Positions 12,960-27,420 are shown, counted from the first letter of the stretch. The stretch: 64,000 nucleotides of DNA from Takakia lepidozioides (GCA_030704615.1 CM060733.1:16182001-16246000), one strand, 5' to 3'. A program made the numbers and translations. The notes: generated from the sequence alone by a model not told the origin.

Positions 12960-13266
12960 TGTTGGAAGTAATTAAACATATCTAGAAGACTAAGAGTCTT
13001 GAAGGCCAAAGGTTTAGAAGTCTAAGAGACTATCTTGTTTAACTCACCTTTGGAAGGTGAATGGCTAGAAGGTGGATGGTCACCATAGTGGAAGTGGAAG
13101 TGACCAAGTAGGACTTTCTAGATACCTTCTTGTACAAGCTCGGGGGTGAAGCCACTAGTCTATGTGTAAGAGTATGAGGGTGGCTTCTATGGTTGGTAGG
13201 AGAGCTTTAGTTTTAGCTTTAGTCCAAGACTTTAGTTCTTGTTCATGTTCTTGCTCAATTCTAACA
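12960..13266 (+). repeat. Copia 5' LTR, type B (307 bp)
   Basis: TGTTGGAAGTAATTAAACATATCTAGAAG...AATTCTAACA followed by PBS; its 3' end matches 24377-24463. Confidence 0.92.
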
Positions 13267-13899
13267 TGGTATCAGAGCCATTCTTCTCTAGGTGAGAGTT
13301 GGTAGTTGAGATTGAGAGAACTTGATTATGGCTGGAGCGTCATCTTCTAGCAATCCTCCTTCTATGTCTATGACGAGTGCATTAGATGTGAGAGTGGAAG
13401 ATCGATTCAATGGAGCTAACTATCAAACCTGGAAGTTTAGGATGAAGATGGTCTTCTAGACAAAGATCTATGGGGAGTGGTTGATGGATCAGGTACAAGA
13501 CCTGACACTATTGTTGGCCAAGCCATATGGGATAGGAAAGATCAGAAAGCAAGAGCTAGCATCATCACAAGCTTGAGAGACAATCAGTTGCATCTCATTA
13601 TAAGTGCTAAGAATGCTAAGGATGTTTGGGACAAGCTAGCAAGCATATATGAGACGAAGGATGTCACATCGCAAGTGTATGCGACGCAAAAGTTCTATGG
13701 TCTGAAGATGACCGAGTCAAACTCAGTTGAACAACACTTGAATTTGTTTTGTGTGTTGCGAGATCAACTAGTCTCTATGGGAACTAATGTGACTGATGAA
13801 CACGCCGCAGTGGTGTTATTGGCAACCTTACCTGAATCCTATGATGGTTTTGTGGTGTCTCTAGCAGGACAAACCAACTTAACTATTGATGTTGTCATA

Positions 13900-16800
13900 T
13901 GTCGCGCACCTCACTTCGGTAAGCTCCCCTTCAAGTCATAGTTATTCGCTTTGATGCGCGCGCCTAACTCCCTAACTGGCCGCCGGGCCAACTCGGAGCT
14001 TCGGCTGCTCACCGGGACATAACGGTCCTCCTTTACTCCTCCACAAGACCCTCTCCCAATTTGGGCCTAGTGGAAATTCCCTTTGGTCAATGGCAGTCCG
14101 GAATAGCTCCCCACACCTTGGTCGCTTTCCGGCTCGCACGCTTACTCACTAGTTTTTGGTCACCAACGGGCTTGCACCGTTCTCGGGGTTACTACTCCCT
14201 ATATATACTTATGTGATTGTCCGCGGGGGTTTCACAAACAACCATGCCATTTTATGGCGAACCACCACGAAAACCCTCGATTCCCGGTGATGAGTCGCGG
14301 TGAGTCTTGGCCCACCCACCACGGTCCCCTTGGACCGTGATGAGTCCCAAGACTCCCACGACTCCCACCACAAGGTCTGCGCCCCCATGGTGAGTCCTAT
14401 GCCACCCCCACTAAGTCCCACTAAGCTACCACCACCCCTTGTGGAGCCACCCCCACCGCAACCCGGTGTGCGGGCTCCACCTAGTGAGTGCCTCCGCCTC
14501 CTCGAGTGCCTTGGGCACTCGAGGTTGCTTCAGCCCGCCGTACCTATTGCTGCCACCGCCCCCACCACAGGGGCAGCCCCTCTATGTCCCCCCCCTGCCC
14601 TCAAGGCAAAGGGCCACGACACACACCCTACCAACAGGGAGTCGATGTCCTCATCGACTTATTCATTTTGTAGAAACAAACATCCAAGTTGTGGCGTCCC
14701 ACATCAAAGGAGTTTGTTTCCGCACCATGGCGTCCCATGGCTAAGAACCAAACCCCCACTTGACTCTTCTCTCCACTAGCTAGTTCGGCCGACTTCCTCC
14801 AAGTCTCGGCCAAGGGTGGAGCCTCTCAAGCTTCTCCCAGTGCACTCTTCTTGGCCCACTTCAAGGCCAAGGAACGATCCTCCCCGAGGATCGAATCGCC
14901 TTATTGCAACAACATTTGCTTGCGACCGCTCATGATGCCACTTTTTTGGCATCACCTTGAGCAAGGGTTCACCTTGAACCCTTTTTGACTAAGAAGATAA
15001 CCTTGAACCAACCGTGCGCCCCAATCACTACAATTGGGTCCGCCTTGGAATATTTGCCTGAGGTACGGGAACACGCCGAAGCCGCACTACGACTTCCTCC
15101 CGAGGCTACACGATTATAGTACGTGAACGGAAGCACGTAGCTTCCGCGTTAGCCCGCACTACAAGGCAACCCCCTCGGTAGCGCAGTTATAATACGTGCA
15201 CACACCAGGTGCGCACTAGCACGTGAACTCCCAACGAAGGTGCAAGTTTTCTTGCCCCTTGGGTGGGAGTCACCCGATTTCGGCACTACACAAATACACG
15301 ATTAATCCAATTTACCTCTCCCACTTTGTAAGCTTAGCACGCATTCTACACACTAGCCAACCATACCATGCATCACCATTCCAAACAAAATAGGACGCAC
15401 AACATTTGGAAACCATTTCTTTTATAAATTTTTTTGTACAATACAAGTTTTTGCAATTGGATTCTTGAGCTAGCTAAGCCGGGCTAAGCATGCATTTCCT
15501 CCCCCACGCTCTAAGGTTGATGTCCCTATCAATGCTTCTTCCGCTTTTGAGGTCGCTCTTCGAAAACTGCAACCGCCTCGGATGCGTTTCCCATTTCTGA
15601 GGCACGCACCCAAGATGCCTCCACATGATGATAGCCCTTCCATTTCACGAGATACTCCGTTTCTCGATTCTTGAACCTCCTCGACTTAAGCACTGCCTCC
15701 ACCTCGTACTCACGTTCATTTTCATGATCCAACATTACAGGTGGCGGATGCAACACTTGAGGCCGATTCGGACGTGCTTCATCTTTGAAGTAAGGCTTCA
15801 AAAGGGAGGAATACCGGATGCACCTTGCTGTTTGCCGGCAGCTCCAATTCATACACATCCTCATTCATAACCTTCCGGATGCGAAAGGGTCCCGCATACG
15901 GAGGTACGAACTTCGGACTCACTTCCGGAGGTAGTCGAAATTTTTTATGTTCAACCAGACCTCCGTGCCTGCCTCAAACTTAACCTCCCTCTGCTTCCGA
16001 TTCGCCTGCCGTTCATACCGTTTCCTAGCTTTGGCAATGTTGTACTTTGCGAGCTTCAACAAACGCTCGCGTTCTTCCAGCATTGCCGCTGCTGTTTGTT
16101 CCTCAACGTCTTGGGCGGCCCAACTTGTCAGCACCAGAGGTGCTTTTCCATAAACCAATATGAAGGGGGAAACTCCTTTTGCGGAATGTTTTGTGTTATT
16201 ATAACAGAACTCTGCCGCATCCAAGTGCTCCACCCAGTCCGATTGGTCTGCCGACACGTAATTCCGCAAGATCTGCTTCACCACGGAATTCACCCTTTCC
16301 GTTTGGCCATCCGTTGTAGGTCGGAAGGCGGTGCTCATATTGAGCCTCGTCCCCATCTTCTTCCAAAGTGCCCTCCAAAATTTACTCGTAAACTTTGGAT
16401 CGCGGTCCGAGACAATATCCTTCGGGAGTCCATGATGCTTGAAGGCGTGGGCGAAGTAAAGTCGTCCCGTCTCCTGTGCCATTGCCGTCTCCTTGGTGGG
16501 GATAAAATGGCCCATTTTACTGAACCTATCCACCACCACCATGATTGCATCGAATCCTTTTGACAACGGCATAGCAGTCATGAAATCCATCGAGACACTT
16601 TCCCAAGACCCTTCTGGAATCGGCAAGGGTTGTAACAACCCCGCTTGCTTTTTGTATTCGCTCCGGTTTTGTTGGCATGTGGTGCATGTCTTGACATACT
16701 CTTCGGCCTCCTCCCTCAGTTTGGGCCAGAAATACTCTTTCTTCAAGAGTGCCGCGGTGCGCTTGGCTCCGCCATGGCCCGCAAGCGGACCATCATGACA

Positions 16801-19800
16801 TTCTCTTAAGAGAGTATCTCTGATCCCTCCCTTCGGAACGTAGAGACGCTTTTGCTTGTACCAGAGCAGTCCATTTTGCAAGTGAAACTGCAATTTAACC
16901 CCCATCCTCAAGTCTCGCATCACGGACTTCGCAATCTCATCCTTCCGGTAAGCCTTCCAGATCTTCCTTTGGAGCGCCGTCTCGCCACTGTACACCATCA
17001 TGAGTTGCTGCTTTCTACTTAAAGCATCGGCCACCACATTGTTCCGTCCCGGTTTGTACTGGATATCCACGTCGAACAGTGCCAAAGTGTCTTGCCACCT
17101 AATTTGTTTTGGGGACAACTTAGGCTGCGTGGCAAAATACTTCACCGTGACATTGTCCGTGAACACCTTCACCGGGTTGGAACCAATATAGTGGCGCCAA
17201 AGCTCAAGGCAATGCACCACCACCTTCATTTCTTTCTCGTGCGTTGGCCACCGCCGCTCCACTTCATTCAGTTTCTTATTTTCGTAAGCCACTGGACGTC
17301 CATCCTGCATGAGTACACCTCCAATCGCGAAGTCCGACGCATCCGTATGAATCTCAAATGGGCGGTCGAACTCCAGGATTTTCAGGACTGGAGCTTCCGC
17401 CATCCGCTGCTTCAACTCGGCAAAAGCTTGACCACAAAAGGTGTTCCATACCCAGACTTTGGATTTACACAGGAGGTCTGACAGCGGCCCCGCGATCTTG
17501 GCGAAATTTCTCACATACTTTCGGTAATAGGAGGCGAGTCCTAAGAAGGGTCGCACTCCTGGGACCAAAGTCGGAGGCTCCCAGTCCAAGATTGCTCTCA
17601 CCTTTCTGTCATCCATTTTGATCCCATCCTGTGTAATCACATGCCCCAAGAACTCCACTTTTGTGACCCCGAATTCGCACTTTGAAGCTTTGGCATACAG
17701 CTTCCCTTCCCGTAATTTCTAGAACACTCTTTTGAGGTGCTCCAAGTGCTCTTCCTTTGTTTTCGAGTACACCAAGATGTCGTCGATGTACACGATCACA
17801 AAGTCGTCCAACCACTCCTGGAAAAGGCTGTTCATTAGCGTGCTAAATGTTGCGGGTGCGTTGGTGAGCCCAAAAGGCATCACCAAGAACTCATAGGAAC
17901 CATACCTTGTCCTACACGCGGTCTTTTCCTCATCTCCTTCCGCCACTCGAATTTGATGATATCCGGAGCGCAAATCGATCTGGCTGAAATACTTCGCTCA
18001 TGCCAACCGATCGAAGAGGTCGTCGATCCTTGGCAAAGGGTATCGGTTTTTTATAGTCACCTTATTCAGAGCCCTATAATCGACACACATCCGCAACGTC
18101 CCATCCTTCTTGTCTGCGAATAACACCGGGGCTCCGTAAGGTGACTTACTCGGCCGGATGTACCCCTTTGACATTAGATCCTTGAGCTGAGTCTTCAGCT
18201 CGACCAACTCTCTGTGACTCAACCGGTAGGGTGCCTTGGCAAGCGGCTCCGATCTCGGTATCACCTCAGTTTTGTGGTCAACTCCTCTTCGTGGTGGCAA
18301 GCCGCTTGGTAAATCCTCCAGCATCACATCCTGATATTTCTCCAAAATCCCCTTGATCCAATCTGGGCTCGGCTCCCCATCGCCTTTTTCCTTCACTTGT
18401 CTTACGTAAAGCAAAAACTGGGGCTCGTGTGGCTCCTCCACGGCCCACTTCCTTGCTGACACGAGGTTTATTCGCCCTCCCACGGGGTTGGGCGTTTCCG
18501 ACACTCATAAAACTTCGCCACCATTCCCACACGGTAGCGTGACTACTCTCTTGCGGCCATCTATGACCGCTCCGGATCTGCTCAAAAAGGTCATCCCCAA
18601 AATGAGATCCACTCCATCGATCTCGCAAATGGTGAAGTTCTCACGTCCCTCCCAACTCCCGAACTGAAGAGGAACATCGAACGCCAACCTCGTCGCCAAT
18701 TGTGGTTCTCCTTTAGCAGAACGCACCTCAATCAAGGCCCCCCCATCTCTTGTCGGGAGTCCCAGCTTCCGTGCCGTTGCCGGTGTCATGAAGGAGTGCG
18801 ACGCTCCTGTGTTCACCAACAACGACACGTTAGTTCCGGAGATTATCCCACTCACAAACATTAACTGACTCCCTTTACGCAAGGCGCCAATTTCCTGATA
18901 CAACTCACAAGAGTAGTTGCCTACCTTGCAAGTCTTGGCGACCACCGCCTCCACCAAGCGGCTGATGGAAGCTTTGGACAACTCCGTGGTTGTCCGAGTC
19001 ATATTCAATTGTCGGGGATTCGTGCACTTCTTGGCCATGTGCCCGGACTCCCCACAATTGAAGCACACTCCATCGAAGGTCGCCTTTTGTCCGCCATAAG
19101 GCGTCGCACCCGATTTTCCTTTTGGAGCACCGGGTGTCGTCTTGGCGTGTGAAGGCCCTCCCTTCGATTTCCAGGTATCATTGTCGCCGCGTGGCCTATC
19201 CCACTTCTTTTCCGGTCAAAATGAGTCACCCTCCCGCCGGGTCTTCTTGTGGTTCAGCTCCGTACGGCCTTGTCTTTCGCCCCTAGGGACATCCAAGAAA
19301 CATTCAGCCCTCTCAATTGCCTCGTTCAAAGTCTTAGGTGGTTTCTCCTCCAACTTCCGTCTGGCCCACGGGGCCAGTCCCGCCACAAAGTTGAAGACCA
19401 TTTCTGGTTCTGTCATGTCCGCAACTTCGAGCAACAGCACAGTGACAGCCTGAATATATCCCCGAATGTCATCCGTTTGCTTCAGATTCCTCATTTTGTC
19501 TTGGGCAAGCCAGGACGCGTTGAGGGGCACAAACTGTCTCTTCATGAGTTCCTTGAACCCACTCCAGTTCAAGGTCTCCGGGTTTGGACCTCGGTCGTGA
19601 AGGCGTTTCTGCCACCATTGTTGAGCATAGCCCCTCAAATAGGTGGGAGCCACTTCCACCCGATCCTCGTCATCCAACTTGGCCGCCCGGAAGTACTGCT
19701 CTAGCTCCAAGAGCCAGGTGTTGAGTGCCTTCCAATTTCGGACGCCCTCGAAGGTACCGGGTTCCTTAGGCTTCACCTTAAACTTTGCCTTAGTGGAAGT

Positions 19801-20866
19801 GGCATTAGCCGCCTTCAACACGTCTTTCAACGTCCCACCAAACTGCGCCAACAACCCTTCCCAAAAAGCTGCTGGCATGGGAGGCATCTGTTGCTCTGTC
19901 GGAGCCCTCAGGGATTCCTCGGGCTCCGACTCCTCAGATTCCTCCCGTTCTTGAGCGGCCTCGCTTCGAAAGGCATGCATCGGTTCCTCAAATGGCCGCT
20001 TCGGTGACATGTCGCCCCCATCGGGCTCACCAGGATCATCATCTTTCGGGCCGTTCCGCTTTTGCTTTGGTTTGCCCGACCCCATGATGAGGCCGATCCC
20101 AAGGACGATCGCTTACTGAACTCTAAGCTCTGATACCAAGTGTTGCGCACCTCACTTCGGTAAACTCCCCTTCAAGTCAGAGTTACTCGTTTTGATGCGC
20201 GCGCCTAACTCCCTAACTGGCCGCTTGGCCAACTCGGAGCTTCGGCTGCTCACCGGGACATAACGGTCCCCATTTACTCCTCCACAAGACCCTCTCCCAA
20301 TTTGGGCCTAGTGGAAATTCCCTTTGGTCAATGGCAGTCTGGAATAGCTTCCCACACCTTGGTCGCTTTCCGGCTCGCACGCTTACTCACTAGTTTTTGG
20401 TCACCAACGGGCTTGCACCGTTCTCGGGGTTACTACTCCCTATATATACTTCTGTGACTGTCCGCGGGGGTTTCACAAACAACCATGCCATTTTATGGCG
20501 AACCACCACGAAAACCCTCGATTCCCGGTGATGAGTCGCGGTGAGTCTTGGCCCACCCACCACGGTCCCCTTGGACCGTGATGAGTCCCAAGACTCCCCA
20601 CGACTCCCACCACAAGGTCTGCGCCCCCATGGTGAGTCATATGTCACCCCCACTAAGTCCCACTAAGCTACCACCACCCCTTGTGGAGCCACCCCCACCG
20701 CAACCCGGTATGCGGGGCTCCACCTAGTGAGTGCCTCTGCCTCCTCGAGTGCCTTGGGCACTTGAGGTTGCTTCAGCCCCCTGTACCTATTGCTGTCACC
20801 GCCCCCACCACAGGGGCAGCCCCTCTGCGTCCCAACCCCCTGCCCTCAAGGCAAAGGGCCGCGACA
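13900..20866 (-). mobile_element. Ty3/Gypsy chromovirus (Galadriel-like), full-length but inactivated, inserted in Copia B gag
   Basis: LTRs 20141-20866 (5') and 13900-14621 (3'); PBS TGGTATCAGAGC at 20127-20138. gag 19216-20085; CFNCGESGHMAKKC plus PR 18505-19068; RT (YIDDIL) 17719-18504; RH-IN 15919-17658; chromodomain YEVEAVLKSRRFKNRETEYLVKWKGY 15529-15864. Galadriel affinity judged from gag/RH motifs (LEQYFRA, HTDASDFAIGGVLMQ). TSD is degraded. Confidence 0.95.
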
Positions 20867-23800
20867 TTATGACTTCTCCTCAAGGAGGAAACAAGAAGAA
20901 AAGGTCAAGGTACGTCTACAGAGGTAGACAGAGCTTTGTTCACAGGCAAGACTGGAGTAGTCTTGAATAGAAGACTCCCTTCACATGTGTCTTAGAAGTC
21001 CCAGAGGTTTCAGAAACCTCAATCTAGCTCAAAGATAAAAAAAAAGCCAAAGTAAGGTGCTTTTATTGCAAGAAACTTCGTCACATGATCAAGGATTGTA
21101 GAAAACGCATTGCAGATGAGCGCAGCCGATAGAGTCAAAGGAACATAGCTACTCATCAGAGGAATGCTATTCTATTTGTTGTGTCTCTTTCAGCCACTAC
21201 CAGACAGAAGCATGTGTGGTATGTTGATTCAGGAGCATCTCAACATATGAATTCAGAGATAGAGCATTTCTTATCCTATAGATCTCTTTCACCTACACAA
21301 TATGTTCTTTTGGGAGATGATAGCAAACATGTCATTGGTGGGGAAGGCTCAGTCTCTCTTATGCTCAATGAAGGGAAAACCATAGAGGTGGAAAATGTCC
21401 TATATGTCCCTACTTTAACAAAGAACCTGCTGTATGTAAGGCAAATTGTTGCAAAGGGATACAAAGTGGTATTCCAAGATGAGAGTTGTACTATCACAGA
21501 TAGCTCAGGAGCTGTGGTAGCAAGAGCTATTCTTGATAATTGCTTATATAGATTACAACATCATGTCTCTAGTGCTCTTACCCATTTTCACCACAGTTGG
21601 GATCTACACCTGTCATGTCAGAAACAGAGTTGTGGCATAGAAGGTTAGGTCATGTGAGCATTAAGAAGTTGAGACAAATGCAACTCTCAAGCCATCTTGT
21701 GGAAGGACTACCATTGAAGGAGATGAGCGATATGCGTCTATGCAAAGGTTGCTTGGAAGGGAAACAACATCGAGGTCAATTTCCTAAGGATGGTGGACGA
21801 AGAGCCACAAGTATATTGGAGATTGTACATTCTGATGTGTGCGGGCCAATGCAAACCACATCACTTGGAGGAGCAAGGTACTTTGTGACATTCATTGATG
21901 ATTTGTCAAGGAGGGTTGTGGTGAATTTCCTAAGGCAGAAAAGTCAAGTGCTAGAGAAATTCAAGGAGTTCAAAGTACTTGCAGAAAAACAAACTGGAAA
22001 ACCTCTAAAAATTTTGAGATTTGACAATGGGGGTGAGTACATCTCAAAGGTTTTCAATAAGTTTTGTCAAGAGAATGGAATAGCTCGACAGCTTACTGTT
22101 CCATATACACCTGAGCAGAATGGTGTAGCTGAGCGGATGAATAGATCACTGCAAAAATCTGCAAGGAGTATGTTGAAAGAAGTGAATCTTCCAAATCATT
22201 TTTGGGCAGAAGCTGTTGGCACTACAACATATCTTCACAACAGAATACCTACCAAATCAGTGTTGGGAAAAACACCAGAAGATGTATGGAGTGGTCAGAA
22301 GCCTAGTGTGGCTCATTGTAGGATTTTTGGATGTCGTGCATATATCCATATTCCTACTCAGAAGCGAAATAAACTTGACTCCAAATCAGAAGGATGCATC
22401 TTCATTGGCTACACAGAAGGTGTGAAGGGATATAAGTTGTTCAATGAGACAACTAAGGTTGTCAAACACAGCAGGGACGTAGTGTTTGATGAAGGCTTCT
22501 TACCCTCTTTGGTAGTGGGAGAAGATAACATGGGAATGAGCTTAGAGCCATTACACCATTTCCAAGAGGAGTCTTATAAGGAGCCAATACAAGAGATGGC
22601 TGAAGCAAATGATGGAGGTGTTCAACTTGATGGAGTTGATCAAAGAGTCGAAGTTGGTGAACCACTTGTTGATATGGACTCTAAAGATGAAGTTGAAGAT
22701 GTGCCAATTCTAAGGAGATCTCAGCGGGAAAGAAAAGCTCCTAGTAGGCTGATTACATCTATGAGTGCCATTGAAGCTATGGAAGAAGCATCACAAGTGG
22801 TTGAACCTGCTACATATGAGGAAGCGATGCGCTCTCCAGACAAACTACAATGGGAAGAAGCAATCAACTCAGAGTTGGATTCATTGATGCAAAACAAAGC
22901 ATGGACACTCACTAGGTTGTCTGCAAGACGAGGGGCCATTGGTTGCAAGTGGATCTTCAAGTTGAAGTACAAAGTTGATGGATCTACTTACCGATACAAA
23001 GCTCGTCTTGTAGCTAAAGACTATGCACAAATTCAAGGAGTGATTACAATGAAACCTTCTCACCAGTGGTGAAGATTTCTTCTATCAGAGTGTCGTTAGC
23101 TCTTGCAGCTCAACATGATCACGAAGTTCATCAAATGGATGTTAAGACCGCATTTCTGAATGGAAAACTACAAGAAGAGATCTACATGAGACAACCTGAA
23201 GGGTTTGTACAAGGAGGAAGTGATATTGTGTGTAAGCTTCAAAAGAGTTTGTATAGACTCAAACAAGGTCCTCGAGCTTGGTATGTCAGGATCGATGTTT
23301 ACCTCTTAAAGGCAAGATTTGAGCGAAGCATTGCTGACACAAACATCTATGTGAAAAAAATGGGAGAGCAATTTGTGGTCATAGCTCTATATGTGGATGA
23401 CACAATCATTGTCACCAACGATCATCAAAGGTTGTTGCCAGAAACCAAAGCACTGTTGAGTGCTGAGTTTGCCATGACTGACATGGGTGAGATTCGGTTC
23501 TGTCTTGGTATTAAAATCAGCAGAGATCGAGTGAACCATACAGTATTCATGCATCAACGACAATACATTGAGACAATTCTACAAAGGTTTAAGTTGGAGA
23601 TGAGTAAGCCAACATCAACTCCTCTCGAAGTTGGTTTGAAACTTACGAAGGATATGACACCTAAGACTCAAGAAGAGCAAGAAGATATGAGGAAAACTCT
23701 TTATCAAAGCGCAGTCGGCAGTTTGATGTATTGCATGGTTTGTACTAGGCCAGACATTGCACATTCAGTGGAAGTGGTCTCACAATTTTTTTCAAATCCC

Positions 23801-26800
23801 GGACAAACCCATTGGAAAGCAGTGAAGATGATATTTCGATATCTAAGAGGAACATCAACCTCTGGTCTACTCTACAAGAGAGTGGAAGATCCAAGTTTGT
23901 TGGGGTTTGCTGATGCTGACTGGGCATGAGACGTTGATAGTAGAAAATCAACTTCAGGCCATTGTTTTCTCCTAGCAGGTGGAGTTGTATCTTGGTCTAG
24001 CAAACGACAAGTTGCAACAGCGTTGTCATCAACAGAAGCTGAGTACATGTCCATTACACAAGCAGCAAATGAGGCTATTTGGTTACGGAAGTTGCTTGGA
24101 GATTTGGGTCATCTCCAATCACTACCTACGACTCTCTATTGTGACAATCAAAGTGCGATTGCACTAAGTCAAAATCCGAAGTATCATTCAAGGACGAAGC
24201 ACATTGAAGTGCAACATCACTACATACGGGAAGTTGTATGCAAGGGAGAGATCAAGATGATCTATTGTGCTACAGGAGATATGGTTGCGGATGTTTTGAA
24301 GAAGAGTCTACCACAAACAAAACACATGAAGTGTTCAGCCTTACTTGGTGTCTCTTCTCCAAAGACAAACAAAGTAGTATGATGGTGGCTTCTATGGTTG
24401 GGATGAGAGCTTTAGTTTTACTAAGACTTTAGTTCTTGTTCATGTTCTTGTTCAATTCTAACAATATGGAAAGTGAAGCATATTGAATTGACAGTGAAGC
24501 AGATTGAATTGTAAATTGCAGTAGATTGATCTAGAATTCAAGAACCAAGACAATCTAGAATATAAGCAATTCTTCAGTGTAACTCACGATCTTCAGCTCC
24601 ATCGTTGTTGGTGGAATCTTCCATGGCTAAATGCGTGCTCCAATCTCTAGAAGAAATTGACCGACAATCTGCAGGAGTGAGAAGATAGGGAGCGAAGTGC
24701 GTGGTGCGGCTGTATATGTGTGTTGTGTATGTCTAGTTTCACGGGGACGTAGCTGGGCGGGGGCGGGGTAGCTAACACCGAGTTATCTGGCCGATTATGG
24801 CCATTTTACGTAACACTATATGTTTGAAGTGAAATCTAGGATTTCGTGAGGATTTGATGTTAGGTACCAAGGTCCTTACCACTGGGTTACCACTGCCAGT
24901 GCCACGTCATTATTTATGTTACGTAACAGCGTAGGTGTGAATCCAATGTTTAAGAACGGACTCCAACCATTCCCTTACCACCCAGATACCACCATGTGTG
25001 AATATACCCTAAGTGGGCTTTGCACATCAAACTAATTGTTGCAGCAAATTCTAGTAGTCATGTAAACATTTCACTTTCAGAGAGTTGGAGCAATACGGGC
25101 ATGACTGCAAGTGGTTCTGCGCAAGCTGCCTTTGAATGTCAAAATAGATCCCAAAGTTGCAGTATATGTAGGTTTGTTGTAACAAGCACCGATTCTGGAG
25201 TCTCACAAGATATCTTTGTTGGCTCCTCCCTATAAGGGAGAGACCACGCATTGGTGCCAAAAATGAGTAAGATCATGATATACCTCCACTAGATAATACC
25301 TGCATGAAGCAGATAATCCTCCCCCACTTAAATGTTAGCTTGAATATACCTTGATTGGATAAGACCCATAAATGAATCTTACACATGTAAATATTCATAA
25401 ATGAAGACCCATAAATGAAGGGTATATATAGGGATACACATATCTGTATTTTTCTCCCTCCTCAACGGCCTGAATTGGGGCTGTCGTTCCCACATTTCCT
25501 TGAAAATGCAATATGCATAGTAGAATGTGTAATATTTGCTTAACATCAAAATAAAACAATAACCTCCAAATATACTTTTTTTTTACAAGAGATTATTTGG
25601 AGTGTTTTTTTTATAAAAATAATTCAATGTTTCATAATATTTACAATAAACTTTTTAAGAGGGAAAATATTTTTATTATAATTTATTATATATTTTGTAT
25701 TCTATATTACAGTCACATTTTTTAATCATGGTGAAAGACTGGGAGCCCCCAAAAAATGAAATAATAATGTCAAAATAAATTTGAGTACAATGGGTTGAGT
25801 TGAAAGCATCTGATTTGGCAAATGTAGAACCATGCACAATGCACATGTATACAAAACAAATATAAACATAATTACTCACTATAAATGAAAAAGTGGCAGC
25901 ATACAGATCCGCACACACACCATGTCCTCTGGAGAGATTGTGGTAGGTGGCAAGTGACCCCCTCTATCAACACACACTCGGACAAAAGGCGGGGCGGTTC
26001 AACCATGGAATGCATGAAAGGCTCTTTGGCAAGTCCTTGCGTCTCGATCGTATTAGTGCTCTTGTTGATGCCACTACTTACCAGATTTGTCTTCTTCTTT
26101 GGGGCTTGATTGGCCCCACGGTTCTCTCTTGTTGAGAGTGGATCAATCAGGGTTCTCATATATTTCTTGAACACAATAATGCTCTTTTCACTCAAGAGGG
26201 ATGATTGAGTCTTCAATGCGTCCATTTTTTAGAAGGTAACTATGGACTTGGCTTTTCTTTTGATTTTCTGATTGTGCGGCGGGATTGTGAGGCTCTGGAG
26301 GGGCCCAACTCTTACTGTGGTGCCTCAGTGTGCGCAACTCTCTTTACTGCCGCTACTACTGTGCTGGCAATGACTTTTCTGACTAGCCAGCCCTTCCCAC
26401 TCTTGCAGGCCTGTGCTCGGCATCCTCTGACCGACAATTTCAAGAACATAGGAAAGGGAAGCTCTAACTTGGACAACATGGCTGACATGGGTTCACCAAC
26501 CAGTGGGGATAGACTAGACAAGTCGAGGGAAATATAGTTGGTGAGGCAATCAGGTATCCATGTTGATGTTTTTGCATAGCTTAGGGGAAATCAGAACAAA
26601 TTTTAGGGTGTGCTTTGATGAAGGTAGCTAATCTGCTCACTCAGGTGACCATACCTCTAAACTGTGTTGTGGCTCTAAATCTGATCTGGGTTGTTGGGGG
26701 CAGACAATTATGTGACAGTAGAAGTGACCAGAGAACATGTGAGATCAGAGTTTGCTAAGCTCACAAGAAAAACCCGAAGCTCTCCAGCCATCATTCATCT

Positions 26801-27109
26801 GTTTGGGCTCATTCTCGGTCCATTTCTTGAATTTACTGGCTTCTCCCTAAGACACTGAGCTTGTTGTAACACGGCTTTGTGAGGGTCTGTTTGGTTAGTA
26901 GTTGTCCATAATCAGCTTTCTTTACCTTGGCACAAAATCTATATAAAGTACTATTTCATTTCATGTACCTTGGCACAAAATCTGCTAGTTCTCAGTGTTG
27001 TAGTTACAATGTTGCCATGAAGCCAATGCATATTATTTAGACAAGGTTTTCTGTGATCTGATCCAGCAAGTGGATGTGCAGCTTGCAATCTTGAGAACAT
27101 TCACTTGGA

Positions 27110-27420
27110 CTCTATTTCAGTATCAATTTCAGTATTTCAGTATTTCAATCAAGATTTTCAGCAAGTATTTCAGTATTTCAGCCAGTATTTCAGCCAGTAT
27201 TTCAGTATTTCAATCAAGATTTTCATCAAGTATTTCAGTATTTCAGCCAGTTTTTCAGCAAGTATTTCAGTATTCAGTATCTATTTCAGTATTTCAGTAT
27301 TTCAATCAAAATTTTCATCGAGTATTTCAGTATTTCAGCCAGTTTTTCAGGAAGTATTTTAATATTTCAGCCAGTTCTTTAACAAGTATTTTAATATTTC
27401 AGTGAGTATTTCAACAAGCA
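27110..27420. repeat. Degenerate 8-bp minisatellite (CAGTATTT/GTATTTCA)n
   Basis: Many CAGTATTT units interspersed with CAAG/CAGC variants. Confidence 0.9.

Larger units (their letters stand above)
12960..24463 (+). mobile_element. Ty1/Copia LTR retrotransposon 'B' with nested Gypsy; TSD ATATG
   Basis: ATATG at 12955-12959 and 24464-24468. 5' LTR 12960-13266, PBS TGGTATCAGAGCC at 13267. gag (13328-13899, resuming at ~20867), PR (21181-), IN (21597-), RT with LYVDD (23066-23929), RNase H (24023-24382). The 3' LTR retains only its last ~87 bp; several stops and frameshifts. Confidence 0.96.

Noticed and set aside
14209-14964. Pro/Gly-rich ORFs in the Gypsy LTRs (also 20390-20970, 30815-31317, 59282-59890)
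   Set aside because: By-products of GC-rich LTR sequence; frames are not conserved among LTR copies.
25020-26900. Minus-strand exon-like segments (possible Ulp1/TE-associated gene)
   Set aside because: Splice-like signals are present, but there are many stops and no motif I can identify with confidence.
27070-27405. ORFs and CRISPR-like periodicity in the CAGTATTT array
   Set aside because: Simple degenerate minisatellite with no unique spacers; eukaryotic context.
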